This document shows, piece after piece, positions 1-14,028 of a stretch of 64,000 nt of DNA; the first letter of the stretch is position 1; each line of letters begins with the position of its first letter. The notes beneath the pieces are model-generated. The model made no database searches. It was not told where the DNA came from and was given only the letters and a program-made list of their open reading frames with translations. This DNA is from Octopus sinensis (lineage: Eukaryota), in assembly GCF_006345805.1 (NCBI RefSeq), contig NC_042997.1:184512001-184576000 (forward strand), in the 5' to 3' direction. Position numbers and translations under genes: made by a program.

Positions 1-8
1 ATACGTAG

Positions 9-45
<37 letters not shown>

Positions 46-355
46 GTATATATATCCATTATAAATATATATATTTATATAATAGAAATATTAAAATTAC
101 TAAGTCTCTATAAATATATATACTTTACACACGTGTATGTGTGTGTGTATGTACTGTACACACCTATGAATTTATAGTACAGACATTTTCTTATATGAAT
201 CAACGTTTAGCGTGTAAATATTGTAAATATACATATACAAAGACTTTTGTGCTGAAGACAGAAACCATAAATCATTGACAGATAATATTCATTGTCATAA
301 ATCTTCCATCTTCCACGGGCCTTTTGTGCACGTATTATGGAGATTAATTACATAC

Positions 356-388
<33 letters not shown>

Positions 389-424
389 TTATATATATAA
401 TATATATATATATATGTATATGTA

Positions 425-483
<59 letters not shown>

Positions 484-1138
484 ACACACACACACATAAA
501 TGTGTGTATGTGTGCGCGTATTTGTATGTATGTATATATTATCTATCTATCTATCTGTCAATATTCATTTATTGTTTGACGAGTTTTTTACACGTTCTTT
601 TTGAAAAGTGAGCATCGCCAGGTAAAAGTGATTACCAAAATCATATAGCTCTGACTGTTTGTTAACAATCGGGTATTTTGAATTGCTATCAATTTTTAAA
701 GTCAGAAATACACCTCTAATGATGGAAGAAAATATGTATGCTTGAACATTTGGTTGTGTCTTTATTCATACAATTTTGTAACGTTACTTCAATACATATA
801 TGCATTTCGGATTTCTTGTTTTTAATTATTTAAGTTATATTTTTAAAGAAGGCGTTGACTTCTGTCAAAGAGACAAATAAAAGTTTATTACTAAAATTTA
901 AGCATTAATATCAGCGAAGATTTACAAGTTGAACCTGTCTTTTAATTTTATCTTTTACTTGCTTCAATCATTAGACTACGACCATGCTGAGTCATCGCTT
1001 TTTCAGTCTGGCACTTATCCTATCTCTACGAGGACATAAACAAACCCGCACACACCTACACACATGCACACACACATATCTCTGTATAAAGCCATCTATC
1101 TATCCATCCATGCCTCTCTCTCTCTTTCTCTCTCTCTA

Positions 1139-1222
<84 letters not shown>

Positions 1223-1225
<3 letters not shown>

Positions 1226-1433
1226 TTATTCTTTTTATTTTTTATTTTATTTATTTTTTTGTTTTATTTTGTTTTTTTTCTTCCCTTTTACGATCCCTCT
1301 TGATCGAAAACCTACGCCACCCCTTTTTTTTCTTTTTTTCTTTTGTTTTTTGTTTTTTTCATCCCCCAAAAGAAAAGCTCTACCTTGTAACTTGTCCCAT
1401 CTGTGTGCAGCCCTGTGTGGCCAATAAAGAAAC
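1223..1433 (+). mobile_element. 5'-truncated 3' end of the Tx1/L1-clade LINE, embedded in (TATC)n
   Basis: Ends CCCCAAAAGAAAAGCTCTACCTTGTAACTTGTCCCATCTGTGTGCAGCCCTGTGTGGCCAATAAAGAAAC, matching the end of the long LINE at ~43050-43116; TATC arrays on both sides. Confidence 0.85.
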
Positions 1434-1493
<60 letters not shown>

Positions 1494-1498
1494 ATCTA

Positions 1499-1553
<55 letters not shown>

Positions 1554-2468
1554 ATATATATATATATATATATACCAGGATACCTATCTAATCATTCTTT
1601 ATAATACTTCCTTTCTCTTTCCTTCACCTCTCGCGCTATCTTTCCTTATTCAGCGTGACAGTAAAAACATAACCAACAATCAAAATATCTTGACTCGTGA
1701 CTAGCGCAAAAAAAAAATATATATTTAGTTCAAGTATAGTGTGGTGTATATTTATGAATGTATATCTACAGAATTAAGGCGTGTGTCTCTGTATTTTTCT
1801 CTCCCCGCTCTCCATAGACACATATGTATGTGCGTGTACGTCTACGCGCACATCCGTTTACGTGTGATTGTGTATGTGAATGAAATTGTAAACAACCAAA
1901 TGTTTTTTTTTATATATTCTTCCGAGATACGAAATATGGGATAAAATGTAACCTTAGCAGAAAATAGATGCTAATTAGTGAGGAAGTTGATTTATTTTTC
2001 AACATATGCCTAATTTTTATGTTTTCATTCTAGAAAATATTTCATCTGGAATTTGTTCACGAATTAAGTTATTGCACATACTTTTGGTCGTTCCGTTTCC
2101 TGTTCTGCGTTTCCTCACATATCCATAAAAGACAAAAAAAAAAAAAAAAACTAACAAAAAACACGCAAACAAACAAACCAAAAACCATCATAACACCAGT
2201 CTAGATCTAATGATGACTGGATACGAAACGACGGAAACGTTGAGATCTCAACGTCTTAAGTTTTACTACTGATATTTAATTCCGTATATCTACATAAAGA
2301 TTGTGTTATTCCTAATATATTTAGATGTTATTCCCGATATATTTAGATGTACACATGATGTAAACTTATTTTAGTTAACTCTTTCATAAGATAGCAAGCA
2401 CTAACGCATTTATATTTACACAGCAACGACATATAGAGGCATACATATGCATAACTATCTATCTATCA

Positions 2469-2554
<86 letters not shown>

Positions 2555-2716
2555 ATATCTATATATATTTACACAGCATTTATATTTACACAGCAACGAC
2601 ATATAGAGGCATACATATGCATAACTATATCTATCTATCTATCTATCTATCTATCTTCTATCTATCTATCTATCTATCTATATATCTATCTATCTATCTA
2701 TCTGCGTACGTATATA

Positions 2717-3076
2717 TACTCTTTTACTTGTTTCAGTCATGCTGGAGCACCGCCTTTAGTCGAGCAAATCGATCCTAGGACTTATTCTTTGTAAGCCTAG
2801 TACTTATTCTATCGGTCTTTTTTTGCCGAACCGCTAAGTTACGTAAACACACCAGCATCGGTTGTCAAGCGATGTTGGGGGGGGGGGGGACAAACACAGA
2901 CACACAAACACATATACATATACACGATGGGCTTCTTTCAGTTTCCGTCTACCAAGGCTTTGGTCGGCCCAATGCTATAGCAGACGACACTTGCCCAAGA
3001 TAACACGCAGTGGGACTGAACCCTGAACCATGTGGTTGGTAAGCAAGCTACATATCCACACAGTCACTCCTGCGCC
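2717..3076 (-). mobile_element. tRNA-derived SINE, family 1 (tail ...GAAACAAGTAAAAGAGTA)
   Basis: Reverse strand starts GGCGCAGGAGTGACTGTGTGG...GGTTCAGTCCCACTGCGTG (A/B-box-like); internal CA microsatellite; same body and tail as copies at 30143, 44105 and 47820. Confidence 0.85.
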
Positions 3077-3199
3077 AATATATATATATATATATATATA
3101 TGGCAAATGAGAGACGGGAGATGGAATATACGAGAATTTGTTATTAACCATGACAATTGTTTCGACACATCTAGCATCGATTCCTCATAGGTAAAAGTA

Positions 3200-3242
3200 T
3201 TGCTGCTGCTGTTGTTGTTGTTGCTGTTGTTGTTGTTGTTGC

Positions 3243-3273
<31 letters not shown>

Positions 3274-3320
3274 CTTCTTCTTCTTCTTCTTCTTCTTCTT
3301 CTTCTTCTTCTTCTTCTTCT
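3200..3320. repeat. Compound (GTT/GCT)n-(CTT)n microsatellite
   Basis: Directly visible. Confidence 0.95.
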
Positions 3321-3523
3321 ACCACCGTTCTTCTTTTTCTTCTTCTACCACCTTTCTTCTTTACTTCCTATTCCCCCCGATAAATGACTAGTGTACGAAA
3401 CATTAAAAACCCTTTCCATTTCTTTTCAAGCGTCGTACTAAGAAACATCTTTCCGAACTCTTCTCCCTATCATTGTGTTTTTTCTTGTTTCTGCTCATTC
3501 TATCTACCTATCAACCAACCCCG

Positions 3524-3605
<82 letters not shown>

Positions 3606-3606
<1 letters not shown>

Positions 3607-3818
3607 ATTGTTTTTTTCCTCTTCCCCTTTCCCCCCCCCCTTTAAAAAATTTTTTTTTTGTTCTTCTTTTTCCCTTTTACGATCCCTCTTGATCGAAAAC
3701 CTACGCCACCCCCCTTTTTTGTTTCTTTTGTTTTTTGTTTTTTTCATCCCCCAAAAGAAAAGCTCTACCTTGTAACTTGTCCCGTCTGTGTGCAGCCCTG
3801 TGTGGCCAATATAGAAAC
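3606..3818 (+). mobile_element. Second 5'-truncated 3' end of the Tx1/L1-clade LINE, embedded in (TATC)n
   Basis: Near-identical to 1223-1433 over the last ~150 bp but with a different 5' junction; ends AGAAAC followed by TTATCTATC. Confidence 0.85.
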
Positions 3819-3876
<58 letters not shown>

Positions 3877-3880
3877 GTCC

Positions 3881-3957
<77 letters not shown>

Positions 3958-4474
3958 CAGAGAGATAGAAACTGAGAGAGCGAGAAACAAATTGAGTTGG
4001 TATGCATGTATGTAGACAGGTAGTTAGGTACATACATATGTGTGGGTATGTGTCGAGTGTGTCTGCGAGTAATTTTGTACATAGACGTGGAACTGTTTTC
4101 TTTTTCTTTTATTCTTCAAAGATATCGCATATGGGGTGAAGTGTAACTGATAGCAGAAAATATCCGCTAATTAGTGGGGAAAGTCGATTTACATTTCAAC
4201 TCAGATATGATTTCTTTGTTTCCATTCTACAAGATATTTCATCTGGAATTTGCTGATAATCACATTGGTTCCTGCTCTATAAGTAAATTGACAGAAAAGA
4301 AGAAAAAAAAATTTACGAATTGATTTTAAAGCTAATTAATTCCATTGTATAAGCTCGGGAGTATGAGTGTCTATATAGAAGTGTGTTTGTATATGTGTAA
4401 CGTTTGTATATATGCGCTTCATTTGTATGTATGTATATACATGTCTGTGTGTATATGTGAAAAACGAATGAATG

Positions 4475-4505
<31 letters not shown>

Positions 4506-4660
4506 TGTATGTGCCCGCGTGAGTGCTTCGATATACAATCGTGAGTGGAAGTGTGTACATGACGAGTCGAGAAGTTTGTATTGAGTTTATTGATTTTACT
4601 GTAAACTTGTATGAATGAGAGGGTGCTAATATGTGTTATCTAATAGTATATATGTATGTA

Positions 4661-4714
<54 letters not shown>

Positions 4715-4794
4715 CAATGTACATATATACATACAGACATATATACATATACATTATACATAGATGAATATATGTGTGTGTATATATATATATG

Positions 4795-4838
<44 letters not shown>

Positions 4839-4958
4839 ATATATGTATATTGCTTATATATCTATATTATACATACATATATACTTGTACTTATATATTT
4901 CTTCCACTTTTATGCTGTCTCTTGCTACTGTGATTCTTTGTTGTTGCCAAATACACTG

Positions 4959-5042
<84 letters not shown>

Positions 5043-5333
5043 CTATATATATATTATACTTATATACATATACATGTACACATGATAGTAGTTATTCAGT
5101 TTGAAACCGCTTATTGCTAAATTCTGTAACCCAGTAAATAAACACGCCAAGGTAACAGACATGCACCAACGTATAATAGAATATACATGCATTACATATA
5201 TATACATATATATACATATATATATATACATATAATATATATATATATACATATACATATATAACATATATATATATATATATACAATACTATATATATA
5301 TAACATATACCTATATATAATATACACATATAT

Positions 5334-5735
5334 AAAGATTGGTCCAGGCCATGTCTAACTTAATAGCACCACCTGATAGGATTATTTGAATCCTGTCTAA
5401 GTCAAGTTTTGTTTATGGTCCATTCAAGTAGTGAGTTTTTGTTGGGTGAATTGTATCCAATTATGGGTGGCCTATCTGGTATTCCTTGAAGGAATCTATC
5501 CAGACTCCGTTTAAAGTTGATGGGATCCTGTTCTTCTTTGATCTCTTTCGGGACAATGTTAAATAGGGCAGGGCCTGTTGAGGAAAAGAAATTATGTTGT
5601 AGGTACATGTTGCTGTGATTTGAATTGGGCAGGGGACATATGGCCGTGGTCCCAGTCTTGGATGACCCTGAAGCTAATGTTCAGGTCGTTTGGGCAAAGT
5701 TGGCGGTATATTCTCCACATCGTACAAATGATGTA

Positions 5736-5739
<4 letters not shown>
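5334..5739 (-). mobile_element. Inverted 3'-end fragment of the CR1-group LINE
   Basis: Reverse complement of 8663-9072 with scattered substitutions; ORF 5402-5608(-) repeats LQHNFFSSTGPALFNIVPKEIKEE...; flanked by (TA)n. Confidence 0.9.
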
Positions 5740-5793
<54 letters not shown>

Positions 5794-5861
5794 TATATTA
5801 TATATATATATATATATTATATATATATATATATTACATATAATATATATACTGACATATA

Positions 5862-8800
5862 TATACTGACTTACCTAGAAAATATGAAGTCCGACCTAAG
5901 CCAGGACATCCAACGAGCTATTAGCAACCCCTATGCAAATCACAAGGACCACACACCCACTACCAACAAGAAAATCATACACACACAGCTCCATACAAGA
6001 ACTAACCACATTGTTACCAATGAACAACAAAAACATAACTTAGAACAATGCAAACATCAAACTTCCCTTACTCGAGATTCCTGTTAAATGTACGTGGCAT
6101 CAACCCATCAATTATTGCCCAAAAATGGAAGATCCCATATATAGAGAGTGGCTTGCCGAAACGGCACATTGCTTTCTTTCTTATCCTTACCGAGACTCAC
6201 TGAACAACACCCATATGGACGCCGAGGTGAAATAAAAGATTTCACCATTGTTCGTGCGGATCACACAGACCGAAATAAGGGAGGGACAGCCATCTTTATC
6301 CGTGACTCCTTTTCACTTGATGCCAAGGACATATTTTCCAATGGCTACTGTGAATCGGTATCACTATTCAGCAAGGCCAAGGATATAATCATTGTTGGTC
6401 TTTACAGGCCTCCCCAAGCACCTCTAAAATGCTTTGAAGAGTGCCTTAGCAAAGTCAAGTCCTTCCTTCGGAAGTACCACTCCGGAAACATACTAGTGAT
6501 GGGTGATTTTAACCTCCCTCATGTGAACTGGCCAACAAATACTCTGAAGTTAGGCAAGTGCTCTACATCAGATAGAGCAGCAGCAGAACTGCTCTTTAAT
6601 CTGATGGATGAATACTTCCTGACTCAGCTAGTGCTCGAACCAACGAGACAAAATAAAACGATCTTGGATCTGGTATTGACCAATCACTCTAGCTTCGTTC
6701 ACAGTATTTCAGTTGAAAAAAATTTCCTCTCAGACCACGACATGGTACTCTGCAATTTTAATTCCCGACATATAAAAACCAAACCAGCCAATCCCACTCC
6801 ATGGCACCCATTTGACAACATAAACTTCCACAAAGCGGGCTGGGGAGCAATCAGAAAGGATCTGTCTTTCATCGACTGGTCTTTTACTCTCAATTCCACC
6901 CATATTGAGACCGCATGGCAGCACTTTGAAACCATTGTCACCTATACATGCTCTAAACACGCTCCCACGAAATCTACTGACACAAACAGAAACCGGCTCC
7001 CTAAAAAGAAAAAAAAACACTCATCAGGCGCATCAAAAGACTCAACAAAAAAATCAACCTATTAAAATATTCCCACACACAACATCCACTTTCAACAACA
7101 GTGAACAGGCTAGAGCTGGAAAAACTTCATCTGCTGAACGACATGAAAACCTCCATTGAAAATCAAAGAGCTGTGGAAGAACAGTGGGTAATCAAAAACA
7201 TCAAACAGAACCCAAAAGTGTTCTCTATGTAAATAAGCATAGAACACTGTCTCACCCATTGGGCCATTGATTGATGATAACGGCATTCCCCAACACGATG
7301 CTAAAGAAATGGCAAAAATACTGCAGAAACAATACTGCTCTGTCTTTAGTGTTCCCACTGATATTGACGTAAGAGAAGCGAACGAAGTTGACTCCCAACA
7401 TAAAATCTCAGATATAACCTTCACTGCCACTGACATCGTAGCAGCAATAAATGAGGTCAAATACTACTCTGTTGTAGGCCCTGATAGATTCCCCGCTAGT
7501 CTCCTGAAGGAATGTAGACACCAACTTGCAGTCCCTCTGACCAACCTCTGGAGAAATTCGTTAGACGCAGGTTATATACGAAAAACAGTTTCTATCCCAG
7601 TCAGTCAACCCGGTTTTTTTCAAAGGGAAACAATCCCCCTCGCACTCAACTATCGCCCAATCTCACTCACCTCCCACATCATTAAAATGTTTGAAAGAGT
7701 GTTAAGATCAAGGATAGCTGACTTCCTGGAGACTCACAAACTCCTAAATGCAAATCACCGTGGCTTTCGCTGTGGCAGGGGCTGTCTAACACAGCTCTTA
7801 CACCACATTGAAGATGTACTCAAAGCCTTGGGAACAGGTTCGAACTCTGACATCATATATCTTGACTTCAGTAAAGCGTTCGACAGGGTAGACCATAACA
7901 TCCTACTCTCAAAATTGGCAAATGTTGGAATCCGTGGAAAAGTTCTACACTGGATTAAGTATTTCCTGGCGAATAGAACACAACATGTTGTAGTTGATGG
8001 AGTCCACTCAAGCCCAGCAAAAGTCACCAGCGGTGTCCCCCAGGGGACTGTCTTGGGTCCGCCACTCTTCATAATTTACATAAACGACCTTTCCAGTGTC
8101 GTACATTACTGCAAGTGAAAATATTTACTGATGACACCAGCTCCAGCAATCGTCAATGAAAAGCAGACCGAACTCAACTCCAGTTTGATCTATATGCTGT
8201 GAGTCAATGGGCAGACAGAAACAAAATGCAACTGAATGAGGGAAAATTTGAGCTGATGCATTTTGGAAGAAATTCCTTACTAAAACATCCATACTCTCTT
8301 CCTTCAGGGGAACCGCTCACAGCCTCTAACAATATCAGAGACCTGGGTGTAATTGTTGATGACGATCTCAGTTGGAGTGCACACATCAACAAGAAGGTCG
8401 ATATAGCTCGTAGGATGAGTTCCTGGATCTTAAAAATTTCCGGTCCAGAGAACAAGGTGTCATCATACAACTTTTCTCCTCCTTTGTACTGCCACACCTC
8501 GAATACTGCTGCCCACAGTATGTTTCTCCATACAAGACAAAACATCTCGAGGATTGAGTCACCCCAGAGGGCACTCACTAAACGAATTGAAGGCATGGCT
8601 GCTCTCGATTATTGGGATCGCCTTAAAGCCTCGAAACTTTACTCTCTCCAGCGTCGCCGTGAGCGGTACATCATTTGTACGATGTGGAGAATATACCGCC
8701 AACTTTGCCCAAACGACCTGAACATTAGCTTCAAGGTTCATCCAAGACTGGGACCTCGAGCCATACGTCCACTGCCCAATTCAAGATCACAGCATACATG

Positions 8801-9106
8801 TACACTGCAACATAATTTCTTTTCCTCAACAGGCCCTGCCCTATTTAACATTGTCCCGAAAGAGATCAAAGAGGAAAAGGATCCCATCAACTTTAAACGG
8901 AGTCTGGATAGATTCCTTCAAGGAATACCAGATAAGCCACCCATAATTGGATACAACTCACCCAACAAGAACTCACTACTTGAATGGACCGTAAACAAAA
9001 CTCGACTTAAACAGGATTCGAATAATTCTATCAGGTGGTGCTATTAAGTTAGACATGGCCTGGACCAATCTTTGGTCGAAACATATCTAAGTTTAATCTA
9101 AGTTTA
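5862..9106 (+). mobile_element. CR1-group (CR1/L2-like) non-LTR retrotransposon, 5'-truncated, in (TA)n
   Basis: APE endonuclease plus RT ORF2 (next entry); 3' end GGTCGAAACATATCTAAGTTTAATCTAAGTTTA with a short tandem tail. Confidence 0.9.
6048..9047 (+). pseudogene. Disrupted LINE ORF2 (APE endonuclease + reverse transcriptase)
   Basis: APE motifs LLNVRG, LTETH, GLYRPP, MGDFNLP, LDLVLTN, SDH; RT motifs YRPISLTSHIIKMFER, YLDFSKAFDRVDH, GVPQGTVLGPPLFIIYINDL, FTDDT; several frameshifts and stops. Confidence 0.92.
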
Positions 9107-9132
9107 TGTATATATATATATATATATATATA

Positions 9133-9213
<81 letters not shown>

Positions 9214-9235
9214 TATATATATATATATACATGGA

Positions 9236-9300
<65 letters not shown>

Positions 9301-9301
<1 letters not shown>

Positions 9302-9429
9302 AAAGGGCTTAGTAAAATAAATAACTTTGGCCGCATACTGACACTCTTAGAATAGCAGCTAAAAACTTTTAGTGCTTCATTTTAATGAGTTCAGTATGCG
9401 GCAAATAATTGATTTTACTAAGCCCTTTT
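9301..9429. repeat. Imperfect ~130-bp palindrome (arms ~40 bp)
   Basis: AAAAGGGCTTAGTAAAAT...GCCGCATACTGA (9301-9341) versus TCAGTATGCGGC...ATTTTACTAAGCCCTTTT (9391-9429). Confidence 0.8.
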
Positions 9430-9672
9430 AATAATGTAATATTTGGAATTCGCCTTGAATGGTCCCTTGCATACTGAACACTTGGTATGAAATTGATTAA
9501 TAATTAATTAATTTTGCCCTCAATTATTGAAATATATATATATATATATATTGTTATATTCGGAATGGTTCATATTGCCAGTTTAGCAATAAAAACACAC
9601 GGCACTATATATTTGGTGTTATTTTGCTTCAGTGATATTTATTTTTAGTGACATTAATCTTAATCTTATTTC

Positions 9673-9717
9673 GGCCAAAGTTCTTTCGTCACACTCCTGT
9701 GACCGCATCAGTGGTCC
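9673..9717 (-). ncRNA. Type I hammerhead ribozyme-like motif (variant core), left arm
   Basis: Exact reverse complement of 14385-14429. Confidence 0.6.
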
Positions 9718-10268
9718 TTGTTTTCTTCTCACTTACTTGGTCCTACCTTACTAACCGTCAGCCATTTGTATTTCTATTGTATGTCTTCATTTGCGCAAAC
9801 TTATATCTTCTATGTGCGTCATGTTTATTAGTGTGTGTGTGAGGGGGATGCCTGTAATATTTGTATCTTATGGTTATAACATTTCTTCGTAATTTGTATT
9901 TTGTTTTTGTTGTTGTTGTTTTGTTCTAATTTTGTTCATTGTTTACTTCCACCATTATTATCATTTACATTGCTTGTATGTATGTATTAACAACAATATT
10001 ATGTAATAAAATAATTAAATCTAATTGAAAAAAAAAATAATATATATATATTATACATATATATATATATATATATATTATATCTTCCTATATATATATA
10101 TAATATATATATAATATATATACATATAACATATATATACATATATATATATATATATACATATATACACACATATACACATATACATACTATATACATA
10201 TATATAGTTATTCATTTCTATTTCTTTAATTATCTGTGTATTTATTATGTTTGCAGGATCCACTATCG

Positions 10269-12447
10269 TCATATGTTGTGGTGTGCGCTATTGCTCCATT
10301 CTAGTTCTCTATTCAGGCTAGGTTTATTTTCTATTATATGTGTAGCTTCTGTAATTTGTCTAATTGTTGCATCTGTTCTATGTGTGGACAATATCTTATC
10401 TCTTATGTTATTGATTGATCCCCCGTGTTCTTGTTCAGCGTGTTGGTACAGAATCGATGAGCTTTTACCTTCCTTGAGTTGTCTCCAATGTTCATTCACC
10501 CGCTCACCAATGCTTCTTGCTGTTTCCCCTACGTATGTTACTGTCTTGTTACTGCATCGTCCCTCTATACATCTTATACTATAGACCACATTTCTGGCTT
10601 TACAGTTTGTTTGTGGGCTAAATCTACATACAGTGCAATAGTTATCCGTACAGAGAGTTCTACTAAAAGGATAGCTTCTACCAATTATAGATCTGATAGG
10701 GTTGCCTGGCTTTTCAACAACCTTAATTCTTAGTTTAAGTTTATCTAGGGTCCTTCTAAAGCGGTACGCCAGTTCACCTCCAGGGGTGGTGTCAACGAAC
10801 ATGACACTCTGGTATTTATGGCTATCATACCAAGAGTTGGCCTTCCCTATTTTCTTTTTTGTCCTTTCTATAGTGTTCCATGACTTGTTCCTATAGAGTG
10901 GGCAAATCCCATTCCTATCATTACATAATATATTATCAAATTTCTTCATGGCTCCTTTGTATACTCTGACCCTTTCTTTATGGCTGTAACCTGAGAACTG
11001 CATGCGGTGAATGAAATACTGTATGTGTCTCTTTAATTCTGTAGGCTCGCACATGCGTGACACATTTCTCATTATTCTGACGAGGTCTGCCATCAAAATA
11101 TTGAATTTGGCATTGCCCGCAATGGCTGAGGTCCGTTGGATCAGGTATTTTGAGGCCATAGGTTTTGCATAGTATGAATGAAGGATTTGGGTTTTATTTT
11201 TCACAATTTCTAGCCAGAGTTCAGTGTCTAGTACTGGTAGTCTATGGTTGGGGTGTTTAGTGGGGTAGTCTATTGTGACCTTAATACTCTGGTGGATGGA
11301 GTTAGCTATTTGCTGGATGCTCTCCATAGTATTAGTTTCTATTACTATATCAACATTACTCTCTTGTGGGGTGCCTTTACTACTATATTGATATCATCAA
11401 CATAGCGAGAGTACATGTTTACGAGTATGGATTTCTGCAGTAGGCATTCTTTAAGCCTTCTGTCCCACCATACCATGAAGAGGTGGCCACATCACCAGCG
11501 ATACTAACACCGATGGCTGCCCCCTCGTCCTGGGCATATATTTTATTATTAAATTTAAATGTGTGGCCTTTTAGGGTAACTCTTATAACTAGCTCCTAGT
11601 GCATGTGCGATCATTTTCTTTACCTGATGGACATTTGCGGGGCTCCGTATGGCTCTGGTCCATCCGCGCCATCTTTCTATATGTGTCTTCCTAGCCATAG
11701 AAGTAATTGTAGGCGGTCTACCTCTTAAAAATCTACTGGGACAGAAACTACTAAGATTATGTTTATCTAAGTATTCACTATTATATGTCAGTCTAAGTAG
11801 GAGGCCCAGTTCTTCTGTGTCGACATTACAGAACTCCACCTGGCTCTCGTTGATCATCTCCACGCACTTCTCCACTGCAAAATCTACGTCAATCGATGGG
11901 TATAGGGATACCACATCCATGCTACCTACTATACATCCTGTCAAGTCACAAGTTTGTTACAGTCACTGATCCTGCTTAGGAGATCTTCTGTGCTGTCACA
12001 CACATCAGGTGACATCCTGATTATAGGGCGTATGATCATTGAGAGGAAGTAGGAGATTCTGTAATTGCTAGCGATATTCGCTCCACAGACTGGTCTGTTG
12101 GTGGTCCTGCTATAGGGTCAGTAAAACCTTTATGGTCCTTGCGAAGTCCATACAGTGCCGGGATATCATTGTTCCAGGCTTGGAAAATCCTTGCAGTACG
12201 TTTCTGAGGTCCTAGAACAATTATCCACATCATCATGTGGGCATTGAGGACCTTTTCTCTCTCCTCATGCGCCTGTACAGTTGTTACTTTTGTATTGGCG
12301 ATATGAGGTTGCATTGCCTGGATGTAGTTCGGTAAGCTGTCTATTGACATCCTGCCGGACTTATCCGTGGAAAGGCATATCACCTCTCCGTTCCTCGTGC
12401 GTTGAATGAGCTTCTGTAGGCCACATGCAGGTTTAATCCCGAGTTGT
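10269..12447 (-). pseudogene. PLE polyprotein RT + GIY-YIG endonuclease, frameshifted; last 352 aa open (10269-11327)
   Basis: ORF-track segments 12036-12470, 11555-11944 and 10269-11327 on the minus strand carry consecutive PLE motifs. Confidence 0.9.
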
Positions 12448-13994
12448 TGGCGCGGATGGACCAGAGCCATACGGAGCCCCGCAAATGTCCATCAGGTAAA
12501 GAAAATGATCGCACATGCACTAGGAGCTAGTATAAGAGTTACCCTAAAAGGCCACACATTTAAATTTAATAATAAAATATATGCCCAGGACGAGGGGGCA
12601 GCCATCGGTGTTAGTATCGCTGGTGATGTGGCCAACCTCTTCATGGTATGGTGGGACAGAAGGCCTAAAGAATGCCTACTGCAGAAATCCATACTCGTAA
12701 ACATGTACTCTCGCTATGTTGATGATATCAATATAGTAGTAAAGGCACCCCCACAAGAGAGTAATGTTGATATAGTAATAGAAACTAATACTATGGAGAG
12801 CATCCAGCAAATAGCTAACTCCATCCACCAGAGTATTAAGGTCACAATAGACTACCCCACTAAACACCCCAACCATAGACTACCAGTACTAGACCACTGA
12901 ACTCTGGCTGAGAATTGTGAAAAATAAAAACCCAAATCCTTCATTCATACTATGCAAAACCTATGGCCTCAAAATACCTGATCCAACGGACCTCAGCCAT
13001 TGCGGGCAATGCCAAATTCAATATTTTGATGGCAGACCTCGTCAGAATAATGAGAAATGTGTCACGCATGTGCGAGCCTACAGAATTAAAGAGACACATA
13101 CAGTATTTCATTCACCGCATGCAGTTCTCAGGTTACAGCCATAAAGAAAGGGTCAGAGTATACAAGGAGCCATGAAGAAATTTGATAATATATTATGTAA
13201 TGATAGGAATGGGATTTGCCCACTCTATAGGAACAAGTCATGGAACATATAGAAAGGACAAAAAAGAAAATAGGGAAGGCCAACTCTTGGTATGATAGCC
13301 ATAAATACCAGAGTGTCATGTTCGTTGACCACCCCTGGAGGTGAACTGGCGTACCGCTTAGAAGGACCCTAGATAAACTTAAACTAAGAATAAGGTTGTT
13401 GAAAAGCCAGGCAACCCTATCAGATCTATAATTGGTAGAAGAAGCTATCCTTTTAGTAGAACTCTCTGTACGGATAACTATTGCACTGTATGTAGATTTA
13501 GCCCACAAACAAACTGTAAACCAGAAATGTGGTCTTAGTATAAGATGTATAGGGACGATGCAGTAACAAGACAGTAACATACGTAGGGGAACACAGCAAG
13601 AAGCATTGGTGAGCGGGTGAATGAACATTGGAGACAACTCAAGGAAGGTAAAAGCTCATCGATTCTGTACCAACACGCTGAACAAGAACACGGGGGATCA
13701 ATCAATAACATAGAGATTAAGATATTGTCCACACATAGAACAGATGCAAACATTAGACAAATTACAGAAGCTACACATATAATAGAAAATAAACCTAGCC
13801 TGAATAGAGAACTAGAATGGAGCAATAGCGCACACCACAACATATGACGATAGTGGATCCTGCAAACATAATAAATACACAGATAATTAAAGAAATAGAA
13901 TGAATAACTATATATATGTATATGTGTATGTATATATGTGTATATGTGTGTGTATATATGTATATATATATATATATGTATATATAGTTATATG

Positions 13995-14028
<34 letters not shown>

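Larger units (their letters stand above)
9547..12447 (-). mobile_element. Penelope-like retroelement (Neptune-like), 5'-truncated; left arm and loop of a palindrome
   Basis: Minus-strand RT motifs LYGLRKDHK, SMDVVSLYPSI, QDEGAAIG, YVDDI, LPVLD, followed by a C-terminal GIY-YIG (VVYSIRC...YVGETARSIGERVNEH) behind a Cys cluster; TA-rich 3' UTR. Confidence 0.92.
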
